Below are positions 53,873-64,000 of a DNA stretch of 64,000 nt, one piece after another. The translations under genes and the position numbers were made by a program. The notes under the pieces were generated by a model. It saw only the letters and a list, made by a program, of their open reading frames with translations, was not told the DNA's origin and made no database searches. Each line of letters opens with the position of its first letter. Within the stretch, counting starts at the first letter, position 1. This DNA is from Chiloscyllium plagiosum (Eukaryota). The stretch is from NCBI RefSeq assembly GCF_004010195.1, contig NC_057751.1:2021305-2085304 (forward strand), written 5' to 3'.

Positions 53873-53985
53873 CAGTTCTGAAGAAGGGTCACCGGACTGA
53901 AAAAGTTTACTTTGATTTCTCTCCCCAGATGCTGCAAGACCTGCTGAGCTTTTCCCACAATTTATGGTTTTGTTTCTGATTATTT
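53873..53985 (+). mobile_element. PLE pLTR insert related to family B but with canonical C3-G8 core
   Basis: agtt-CTGAAGA-A-gggtc accg gact gaaa..ctctccccagatgctgcaagacctgctgag. Confidence 0.7.
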
Positions 53986-54587
53986 GCATTTGGACATAAA
54001 TTGGCTGCTATATTTGTCCACAAAATAGTGGTGACTATAGTTAAGAAGTAAATCATTTATTATGAATCATTGGTTGCCTTTGGATGAATGCACAGAAGTA
54101 ATTCTTTATTTGTAATTGCAGTCAAAAATTAAGTTACTGTCTGCTGTGGAGACAGTGTCTGATGGAAAATGCAGAGGAGTACAGGTGATTTGGCAGTCAG
54201 CAGGTAGAGGACAAATTTAGAAATGAGCTAATCTTTTTCTCCCAGGTAATATGTAGGAAGTTATGTTTGTTTAAAAAGATGTTGGTTTGCATGGAAAGCT
54301 AAGAAATTGATTTTGGACACTGATTTTTGACTGACTTTCAAGTCAACTCAAATCTCTATGGTGTAGCGAGTTTCTGCCATACTGCTTTAATAAGCGGTGA
54401 CAGCAATAGCTCAGTCATGATAATGGGGGACAAGTCTGTCACAATTACCTATGGAGAATGTCTTTAATAGTGATTGTATCAGTGCCATAATGCCTCTGAT
54501 TCAATGATTTATTCAGCATTGTTGAAGAATGTAGTTGCTTGGAGATTTTATCAAGGTTATTAGCTATGTGGATTCATTGTAAAAATG

Positions 54588-54790
54588 ACAGAAGAAACCA
54601 CATTACAGTCCAGCAGGTTTATTTGAAATCACAAGTTTTTGGAGCGCTGCTTCTTCATCAAATCACTTCATCTGATAAAGGCTCAGTGTTCTGAAAGCTT
54701 GTGATTTCAAATAAACCCGTTGAACTGTCACCTGGTGTCGTGTGACTTCTGACTTTGCCCACCGCAGTTCAACACCAGCACCTCTACATC
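54588..54790 (+). mobile_element. Hairpin PLE-type pLTR insert, family C
   Basis: Inverted arms around 54665; ctgataaagg..gaaagcttgtga; exact flanking repeat tcattgtaaaaatg (54574-54587, 54789-54802). Confidence 0.75.
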
Positions 54791-55998
54791 ATTGTAAAAA
54801 TGGACACTGATCTGACAGTTGAACATTTCTTCTAAAATATTCATTTGTTTTAATGATGCATTCTTCAGCAAAGCTGCTTCACACTGAGGCTGGTGTTCCA
54901 GCCTGGTTTAGAGGAAATGTGACTAAGAACAGGAAAGATTGTTCTGAAGCATCATATCTCCTCGATGGGGAGATCGAAGTGTTCCAGTCTGGGAAATGGC
55001 ACATATAGGAAATACTTCTTCTCACACAAATTTCAAGCCTCCAACATGTGAGAAGTTAGAGGAATAGAAGCAAAAACTTAAAAGTAATTCAAAAAATTGC
55101 CTTGTTCAGAGGAGTGTAGGCTTCAGAGAAGTCTGACTAAGTTGAATGGATTCCTTCAGCAACCTAAGCAGAGATTAAATCTTGATTTTTTTCCCTGACT
55201 GATAGATTAACTTTCAACTGTGGTAGTACACTGTCATAATTGGGTTGAAAATTAAGGCCCTACATCTGGAAACAACACGTTCAATGCTGTCCATTTAGTC
55301 TTTCAGAAAGCATCACTACTGTGTCTCATCAAAAATGTGCAAACTTGTGCTATGTTTTATTCAGTATTCTTGTCAATAGTGCTTTAGGTAGAGAGTAGAC
55401 CTTCAGGCAAAAACTGAAAAGAACATTGTTGCATTCTTGAGCAAGAATGACTAACACTTGCTCAAACACCTGCAGCCATAATTAAACAACTTTATTTCAT
55501 CCTGTCAACAGAGAGGGCAGCTGAGAGGACACAAGAAATAATGAGACAATAATTTCCTCCTTCTTCTTTCCCACAAACTTTCAATTCACCGATTTAGCTT
55601 CTTTGTCTTCCTATCTATGTTTCTCCTTCTCTTTCCACTTGGCTGACTGTGGTCTCTCAACATCGATGATAGAAACGAACATGACTTTTGATGACCAACT
55701 CGACTTCAGTAACGGATGGTGACATGTTTGATTTGTCGTAATCAAAGATCCTGGCTGACACTTTGTTGTACTGGTGGATTCCGTAATAGCAGCAGACTTT
55801 GTTTTGACTTTCCCTGACATTCAGTTTGTTCTTTTGGAGGAATTTGGGTGAACTGAGGTTTCTTATGCTGTCCCTCTGTCTGATTTCTTCTTTCAAGCAA
55901 AAGCTCCATGTGGCATTGAAGGAGTGTCTCTCTCTCTCTCTCTCGAATCCTTATTTCGTTACAAACACTGAAGTCACATACTTTTACTCTCACTCATT

Positions 55999-56458
55999 GG
56001 GAAGTGGTGGTGTCGTGGTAATGACACTTGATTAGTAAATCTAGAACCCCAGGCAAATGTTCTGGGGAAAGTGAGGACTGTAGATGCTGGAGATCAGAAT
56101 CAAAAAGTGTGGGGTGCTGGAAAGTCACAGTCAGTCAGGCAGCACCCCAGGAACAGGAGAGTCGATGTTTTAAGCATAAGCTCTTCATCAAGAATGTTCT
56201 GGGGACATGGATTCAAATCCCACAATGGCAGTTTATGAAATGTGAACTCAATAAAAAGACAGCCAAAATATACCCAAAATGTTCACTAATGTCCTGTAGG
56301 AAAAGAAATCTGCCATCCCTGCCAACTCTGGTCTATATATGAATCCGATCTTCAGCAGTCTGGTTGAATCTTTACTGTTCTCTGGGAAATTAGGGTTGGC
56401 ATTAAATGCTGGTCGAGCCAGTGACACCCACATCCCATTAATGGATTTTTTAAAAAAA
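55999..56458 (+). mobile_element. tRNA-derived SINE with LINE tail, interrupted by PLE pLTR
   Basis: A-box tggtgtcgtgg, B-box ggattcaaatcc, tail aattagggttggcattaaatgctgg..cccacatccc. Confidence 0.8.
56066..56195 (-). mobile_element. PLE pLTR insert, family A
   Basis: Exact flanking repeat aatgttctgggga (56056-56068, 56193-56205); ends at antisense tgatgaagagc. Confidence 0.88.
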
Positions 56459-57793
56459 CCTTGAAGTTTGAACAACAGGATCTTTTGGGAGTGCTGAACT
56501 CTCTAAGTTTCATATTTGATGTAATATTTCCCATTGCAACTTTATTATGCTTTTCTCCTGTGTTTCTGTTGAAGTCAGGTGTCATCATTTTGAATCTTGT
56601 CCAAGGAGTGTATATAAACACTAACTTGTAAATTGAGCAACCTGTTGTAGAACACAGGATTGTTCTGCAACAGAAAATTTGAAGACAAAATTGGAAATCA
56701 CTGCCTAGCTTGTCACCGAGCAAATATTTCTGCAAGGACCCCTTCACAACCTGTACATGTTAGCACGATTGGAATGTATTTGACTCATTTGTCACGCGTT
56801 AATATTTGCAGCTCTTCTTAAATAATTGGAGAACCATTGTTGATGCTAACACCTCTGGCAACTCATAAATTGCAAAGCAGCTTGTCAAAACTTCAATTCT
56901 TCTGACACATGTCAGAATTGGGCATCGACTCAACGTTCATGTGTTAATTGTTATTTTAAAAAAATCTGGTTCGCTAATGTCCTTTAGAGAAGGAAATCTG
57001 CCATAATTACCTGGCCTGGCCTAAATGTAGATGTCTCCTTCAGCTATTCTCTTCCTTTTTGTGTTCTTCTCAAAACTCACATCATCTTTTTATATTGCTG
57101 TCCATTTACCTTTCATGTTCTCCTTCCCTTTTCATCAACTACTGATAGCCTTTTTGGTTTTTGGAGCACTGCTGATCTTCAGACAGCTACTGTTTTCTGC
57201 ACCACTGACTGCCTTTTTGTTTAAATCCAACACTAACATTCATTTTCAAAGTGACCTATGGGAGGATCTTTCCTGCTGGTGTTTGTTTTTCAGTAAATGT
57301 ACTTTTGTTAAATATTTCGAATTGCATCTTTAACTGTTTCTCACTGTTCATTTAAATCCATACCCAAGTAACCACAGTCAGTTCACCTCTCACACCTATG
57401 AAATTGTCTTTGTTCAAGATTATGTAAGTTTGGAAACCTCTGCCTCAGATGGCAAACCAAGGTGGATTATTCAATATTTTTAATGGGGAGGTAACAGATT
57501 CTTCATAAGCAACAAAGCACATGTTATTGGCACTAAAAGATAATGTGGAAATTGAAACACAAACAAATCAGCCATGGTCTTATTGAATGGTACCGCAAGC
57601 TTGAGGAGACAAATGAGTGACTTGTGCTCCAAATTTGTACATACATTTATATGATGTTATCTGACGTTTGCTATTGATATTTTTCATTTATACTGTGCAG
57701 ATTTCATGATTTCATCAGGCCTTTCTCACAATTCCTTTGTGTCACCGAATTTGATCAGAGCCACCTGATGCCAAGACTCTCCTCCTTTCACCT

Positions 57794-58029
57794 GAGTCAA
57801 AAGGTGGTGCTGGAAAAGCACAGCTGGTCAGGCAGCTTCCGAGGAGATGGAGAGTCAACATTTCGAGCATAAGCTCTTCATCAGGAATGAATTTCTGATC
57901 ATTCCTGGTGAAGAGCTTATCTCAAAATGTCGACCCTTCTGCTCCTCGGATGCTGCCTGACTGGCTGTGCTTTTCCAGCACCACACTTTTTGATCTGATC
58001 TCCAGCATCTGAAGTTCTCACTTTCTCCT
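57794..58029 (+). mobile_element. Hairpin PLE pLTR insert, older family A
   Basis: Inverted arms meeting near 57895, each with a hammerhead remnant; tail ends tttctcct. Confidence 0.88.
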
Positions 58030-58502
58030 TTGACCTTCTGTCTGGCTCTCCGCAATATTTATTTCTCACCTGTTATCATCTTGGAACCATGTCTCTGTAA
58101 TTAGATTTAAATAATTTGCCTCTAGTTGTGTCATTAATTCATCCTATTGCTTCATGCATGCACAGAAAGAATCTTCATTTTAACCTTTATTTCCACTAGC
58201 GATCTTGCTCCCTGCTTTTTGTCTTATCCTGCTCCGTGATCCCAAAATATGCCTGCATTGTCATTCTTTTCAATCATGTATATATTGTCTCACTGTATAC
58301 TTTCAGAGCTCCAAACATGTATAATAATGTTCTTTGATAATTAATTTCTCAGCGTCATAGCCACCATTGTGTGTTATATTACACTGAGAAAAGCTATCAC
58401 ATGTTCAGTTCCAGTCAGCTGTTCCTGCACAATTTTATTTTCATGACCTAAACAGAGACAAGTAAAATAAAATATTCAGATTTTTCAACATCACACAAGG
58501 AC

Positions 58503-58835
58503 CAAAAATCATGAGGGGCAGAAATAGTGTGAATAATCAATGTCTTTTCCCCAGAGTTGTTAAGACCTAAACTAGAGGGCACAGATTTAAAGTGAGAGGG
58601 GAAAGATTTAAAAGGGACTTGTGGGGCAATGTTTTCACACAGAGGTTGTGCATGTGTGGAATCAACTTCCAAAGGAAGTAACAGATGCAGATACAGTTAC
58701 AATAATTAAAAGACATTTGGACGGGTACATGGATAGGAAAGATTTAGAGTGATATGGGCCAAAACGCAGGCAAACAGGACTGGTTTAGTTGGGAGACCTG
58801 GCTGGCTTGTAAGAGTTGGATCAAAAGGTCTGTTC
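58503..58835 (+). mobile_element. CR1 3' end
   Basis: KIMRG..TRGHRFKVRG..WNQLP. Confidence 0.85.
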
Positions 58836-59459
58836 TTGATAAAAAATTACACTTTGAATGTATTTTTTTTGTGTCGTGTGAATGTATCTGTGATAAAGAG
58901 TTATAGATCTAATTCTGATTACAGGGCCATAAACTCACAGAGCATGGAACCAGGCCCTGCAGCCCACCATGTCTATGTCGATCATCTAGTTCAGATGTTG
59001 ATCAGTGTTTGCCACTTGTTTTAAGAGTAGCCTTTGTGGAAATAAATTATTTTGAATTCATTAATCTTCATCATGAATATTTCTTTTATTCTTGATATTT
59101 CCACAAAAAGAATCAGTTGGCTATTTTGGTGATTGAACCAACACAGTTATACTAATGGTGTGACTTGTGAAATAGCGGGGCTTAATTCCGAGTACAGTCC
59201 ACAGTCATTACACTCTGTAACTTGTGACTTCTTTTCTTCATATGCATTAATTCAAGTCCTTTTTGAAAGCTGCTATTGAATTTGCTTTCCATTTCTGACA
59301 GCATATTCTAAATCATAGCAAGATCAACTTTTGTTTTAAAAGAAGTTCTCATCTTTACCTCTGCCTCTTTTGCCAAATGTCTCAAATCTCTTTCCTCTGG
59401 TTACTGGACCCTCCTGCCAGTTTCTCCTGATTTTGAGAGGAAATTACATTTTCAGAGAT

Positions 59460-59633
59460 AAAAGCAAATTACTGCGGATGCTGGAATCTGAAACCAAAAG
59501 AGAAAAATGCTGGAAAATCTCAGCAGGTCTGACAGCTTTGACAAAGGGTCAGTTCGACTCAAAACGTCAGCTCTTTTCTCTCCTTACACATGCTGCCAGA
59601 CCTGTTGAGATTTTCCAGCATTTTCTCTTTTGG
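59460..59633. mobile_element. Hairpin PLE pLTR insert, family B
   Basis: Exact 16-nt TSD ttacattttcagagat (59444-59459, 59634-59649); U3-A8 hammerhead motif at 59534-59572. Confidence 0.9.
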
Positions 59634-60094
59634 TTACATTTTCAGAGATGTGGGGAACCAGGCTTAATGATAGGTTCCTGTGATCTGGAGCCAGGCATTG
59701 ACAAATAAGTATAATATACTTACTACGATGAATTCCCCACCAGAAAGTATTTCAGTACTCTCCATGTGGTAATGGTCAAATAGATCATACATAGTTGAAA
59801 TGGCCAAGTACTTTATGTATGTGGGCAATGACCTGAAAGTGACAGGCTTACTTAAACTTTTTGTATTGAATACTGCTCACAATACATTGCAGATTCTGCA
59901 TGAACCATGTGATGTACTATTTGCGTAGATTCTATTCCTGATACACGATCTGTCAAACATTCTTTTTTTTCTGCAGCTCTTGAAAGTAATTTGGCTGGAG
60001 CCAACAGTGTTACCGATTGAGGCAGGTCAATAACCAATCCATTTCTGAAGGCATTTCAATCTGCTATGTTAAATGTTATTATGTTGATATAAAA

Positions 60095-60340
60095 AAAAAC
60101 TTGTGTTTCCATCATGTTTTTGCAACCTCAGGCCAACCAATGCAGTTTACAACCAATAAAATACTCTTTCTTTTAAAGTGGAATGATATACAGCCAATTT
60201 ATGCACAGTAAGCTTCCACAAACAGCAATGTATAAATGATCAAATAATCTGGTTTTAGGGGTTGATTGAGGAATGGGACAATGGAGGCAACTCTGAGCAA
60301 TATCTGAGCAGACAGATGGGCTCTCTGTTTAATGTTCTCT
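60095..60340 (-). mobile_element. Deu-domain SINE remnant
   Basis: cagccaatttatgcacagtaagcttccacaaacagcaatg..aataatctggtttt. Confidence 0.6.
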
Positions 60341-60901
60341 CACAGAAATTAACACACAAAAAATATGTTCAACCGCACAAATTACTTCTTCACTGCTCTC
60401 CCATGTGGCTTGTCCTCACATTATGTTTGAGTGAACCATAATTTATACCATGTTATTGTGTGCTATTGTTCCTGCCAAAAACTGGTGAATAGAATCTCTG
60501 AAGCAGGCGACAATACAATTTGGAACACGCACCCTTGGTAGGGGAGGTGAGAAATTTCCCACAATCTTTCTGTTTCAGAACCAACAGGTGCTTTCATTTA
60601 TACAAATTGTAGAAGGCCAGCAGCTCTCCAACGTTTTATCCCAAATGACCCAACATTTATCACCATTATTTTGAAGACTAATATGCAACAGATATTTGAT
60701 GTGTCACATTGAGAACTGATCAAAAGTCAGAGGGCGTGGAACTCAATGCCTGTAAGAATGATCAAGGGAAAAACTCACATCGTATTTAAAAAACATTTAG
60801 ATGTCCACTGATTACAACACTTAATGTAAACTGTAGGGCTATGGCCCAAAAGCTATGATGTGTGATCAGACAGGATCTGGCATAGCCACAAGAATGTCCA
60901 A

Positions 60902-61200
60902 AGAATCATAGAATCTGGACAGTGTGGAAAGAGGCCACTTAGCCTATCGAATCTGCACTAACCCTCCAAAGCATCCTGCTTAGACCCAGACCCCCATCCT
61001 ATCCCATAATGCCGCATATACCATGGTCAATCCACCTAAACTGCACATCTTTGAACTGTGGGAGGAAACCAGAGCAGTCGGTGAAAATGGAGAGAACATA
61101 CAAACCCAACACAGACAGTCACCCAAGGCTGGAATCGAAACCAGGCCCCTGGCACTGAGAAGCAGCAGGGCTAACCACAAAGTCATTGTGCCACCCCTGT
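60902..61200 (-). mobile_element. HE1-type V-SINE
   Basis: Same core and head as 51436-51737. Confidence 0.8.
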
Positions 61201-62511
61201 GAACCACCACCTTCTGTGGCACAACTTTCTATGATTCCATGATTCCCATAGTCCCTTAGATTCTGGAACAAGAACAGCAGTCGAGAAATGTTATGGTAAG
61301 AAAATAACAACTTACATTTAGAAAGCAAAGTTGACTGATACCACTGGATCAACTACTGATTTGGAAGTGATGCAGAGCTTCATACAGCAGAAGCACAATC
61401 TATTTAAACTGAACTCAGACAAACTATAGCACAGATGATAGTAGTCTCCTGATAAAACAGGATTATTATTTCAACAATATGCAGCAAGTAAAGGATTGTG
61501 TGAAAACAAAAATTCTGTGCATTATATCAATCCTCGTCATGTACAGCACTGTATTTTCGAGATATTAATGGGAAAGAGTTAATTCATCATCTCTACATTG
61601 TCCAAGACATGATGTATCACTCTGTTTCCAATGATAATATAATTTGCTTGCTCATCAAATGTCATTATATATTAGTTTTTCACACTACAAATAAGAAATG
61701 CTGGTTCACACAATGTTTATGGGATAAAATACTCAAAACATTGATGTTCTTTAATAACTTGAATAATTGAAAGCACGTGTTGGTTCTGGGAAAGAGAGGT
61801 TGTGGCAGATTTTTTTTACCCTTGACAATACACTTCGAATGAAAATTCCAGATTGTGCTGCCTTTTGGTTCCGAGGTTCTGTTCAATGAATCTTGGCAGC
61901 AAGGCTAGAAAATAAGAACATGATATAAATTATGAATTCCTCTACTGCAGTTATGGAATTGCCATGAGAGAGCAGTTGAAATTGTATTTTATAAACAAAC
62001 AGGCAGGCAGTAATATTACAGATATTGTTCCTGGGTTGTTATTGACAGAGCAATTATTGCCTATTCCATGTGTGCAATTGTTCGAACAGTTGAATGCTTT
62101 CTGAGCCACCTCCAGAAGTCAAGATGATCCATGAAAGAGGACCTAAGGTTGGATAAGGTCAGGTGTTGGCTGGATGGGGAAGTCAGGTTGGGTTCTTTTA
62201 AAGAAATTGCGTGCTATTATCGTTATTTCTTTCTAACAAGAAAAAAGACCACAATTATTCCACTTTTATTCTGAACCACTGTTATAGCGTTGATTGCAAG
62301 TAGGAAGTGCAAGTGAGGAGGTTTAGCTGCAACTGTACATCGCATTGCTCACCACAGTTTTAGTCTCTATCCTTAAACGCTTCAGAAAACATATACTGGT
62401 TGAGTCTTACTTTTAAGGGGTTGTCTTAAAAGGAGTGCTTGAGCACATTGGACCCAGAAAACAGCAGAGCATATGGTCATCTTATTCAAATGGACAATAC
62501 TGTGAAAGGAA

Positions 62512-62600
62512 AAATAAAACAAAGAACTGTGGATGGTGGAGATCTGAAACAAAGCAGAACTTGCTGGAGAAGCTCAGCAAGCCCAGCAGCATCTGCAGAG
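62512..62600 (-). mobile_element. PLE pLTR tail fragment
   Basis: ataaaacaaagaactgtggatggtggagatctgaaac..ctcagca resembles 59460-59530. Confidence 0.65.
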
Positions 62601-62625
62601 TGATGTCAGATTTAACATTTGACCC

Positions 62626-62852
62626 ATAGAGTCATAGAGTGAACAGCAAGGAGACAGGCCCTTTGGCCCAACTAGTCCATGCAAAGCAAAATATTCATCC
62701 ATGCTAACTCCATTTCCCTGAACTTGACCCATGTCCTTCTAACCTTTTCCTATCCATGTATTTGTTCAAATAGCTTTCAAATGTTGTTAATGTACCCGCA
62801 ACAACCACTTCAGTTGCTCCTCAGGCTCCCTTTTACATCTTTCCCCCCTAAC
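62626..62852 (-). mobile_element. CR1 3' end
   Basis: catagagtcatagag terminus and ggccctttggcccaac. Confidence 0.75.
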
Positions 62853-62854
62853 CT

Positions 62855-64000
62855 TAAACTGAACACATGGTTGCAGGGATGGTGCAGGGGGAAGGGTTTT
62901 GGATTTTTGGATAATTGGAGTTCTTTCTGGGGAAGATGGGATCTGTACAAACAGGATGGTCTTCACCTGAACCAGAGGGTTACCAATATCCCGGTGGGGG
63001 GAAGGGGGGAGATTGCTAATGCTCTATTTGGGGGTGGGGGGGAGGTTAAACTAAAGTAGCAGGGGGATAAGAACCTGAATTGTAGTTCCAGTGTACAGGA
63101 GGTTGAGGGTCGTGAGGTCAGAGATAGGTTTACAAGATCGCGAGAGGGCACTGGTAATCAGGATGTTGGTTTGAAATGTGTGTATTTCAATGTCAGGAGC
63201 ATCTGGAATAAGGAGGGTGAATTTGCAGTATGGGTTGGTACCTGAGATTTCAATGTTGTAGCCATTTCAGAGACATGGCTAGAGGAGGAACAGGAATGGT
63301 TGTTGCAGATTCTGGGATTGAGATGTTTCAGAAAGAACAGAGATTAGATTAGATTACATTCCCTACAGTGTGGAAACAGGCCCTTCAGCCCAACTAGTTC
63401 ACACCAACCCTCCGAAGAATAACCCACCCAGACCCATTCCCCCTATCTAATGCACCTAATTCTACGGGCAATTTAGCATGACTAATTCACCGAACCTCCC
63501 TGCACATCTTTGGATTGTGGGAGGAAACCGGAGCACCCGGAGGAAACCCACGCAGAAATGGGAAGAATGTGCAAACTCCACACATGATGGTAAAAGGGGG
63601 AGAGTGGGTTGATGGTGTGGCATTGTTAATCAAGGACAGTATTACAGCAGCAGGGAGGTAGTTGGCAAGAGAGGGAGCCATGGTTTATGAAAGAAGGTGA
63701 AGCTTTTGTCAAGAAGAAGAAGAAAGTTTATGTGACGATGAGGCGTGAAGGTTCAGTTCGGAGGCTTGAGAATTAAAAGTTAACCAGAAAAGATCTAAAG
63801 AGAGGGCTAAGAAGAGCCAGGAGGGGACATGAGAAGTTGTTGGCAGATAGGATCAAGGAAAACCCAAAGGCCTTTTATGGATATATCAGGAATAAAAGAA
63901 TGACTCGAGTAAGATTAGGGCCAATCAAAGACAGTAGTGGGAAGTTGTGTGTGGAATCTGAGGACATGGGGGAAGTGCGTAATGAATACTTTTTGTCAGT
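62855..64000 (+). mobile_element. CR1 (ORF1 esterase end into ORF2), runs off window; HE1 SINE inserted antisense at ~63341-63585
   Basis: LNTWLQGWC..DGLHLN; YFNVRSIWNK..ISETWL; KENPKAFYGYI. Confidence 0.9.

Overview
Repeat-dominated eukaryotic DNA, almost certainly from a cartilaginous fish. Evidence: HE1-type V-SINEs, Deu-domain SINEs and abundant CR1 LINEs; a bamboo-shark-like genome is only a guess. No complete protein-coding gene is supported, and nearly all listed ORFs are retroelement fragments or their antisense shadows. Contents: many decayed CR1 LINEs (three retain ORF1 esterase sequence; one 3' fragment is young), a second CR1/L2-group LINE and its partner SINE, L2, RTE and Rex1-like fragments, a Tx1 3' end, a solo LTR, a truncated U4 snRNA pseudogene, and two long Penelope-like (PLE) elements. 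The most notable signal is more than a dozen PLE pseudo-LTR inserts from at least three families, most with an intact or decayed minimal hammerhead ribozyme motif. One family has a U3-A8 swapped catalytic core. Many inserts are hairpin-shaped and most have 10-16 nt target duplications. Weak candidate host exons lie at 1-365 (+) and about 29950-30098 (-). Boundaries of old repeats are approximate and were read by eye.
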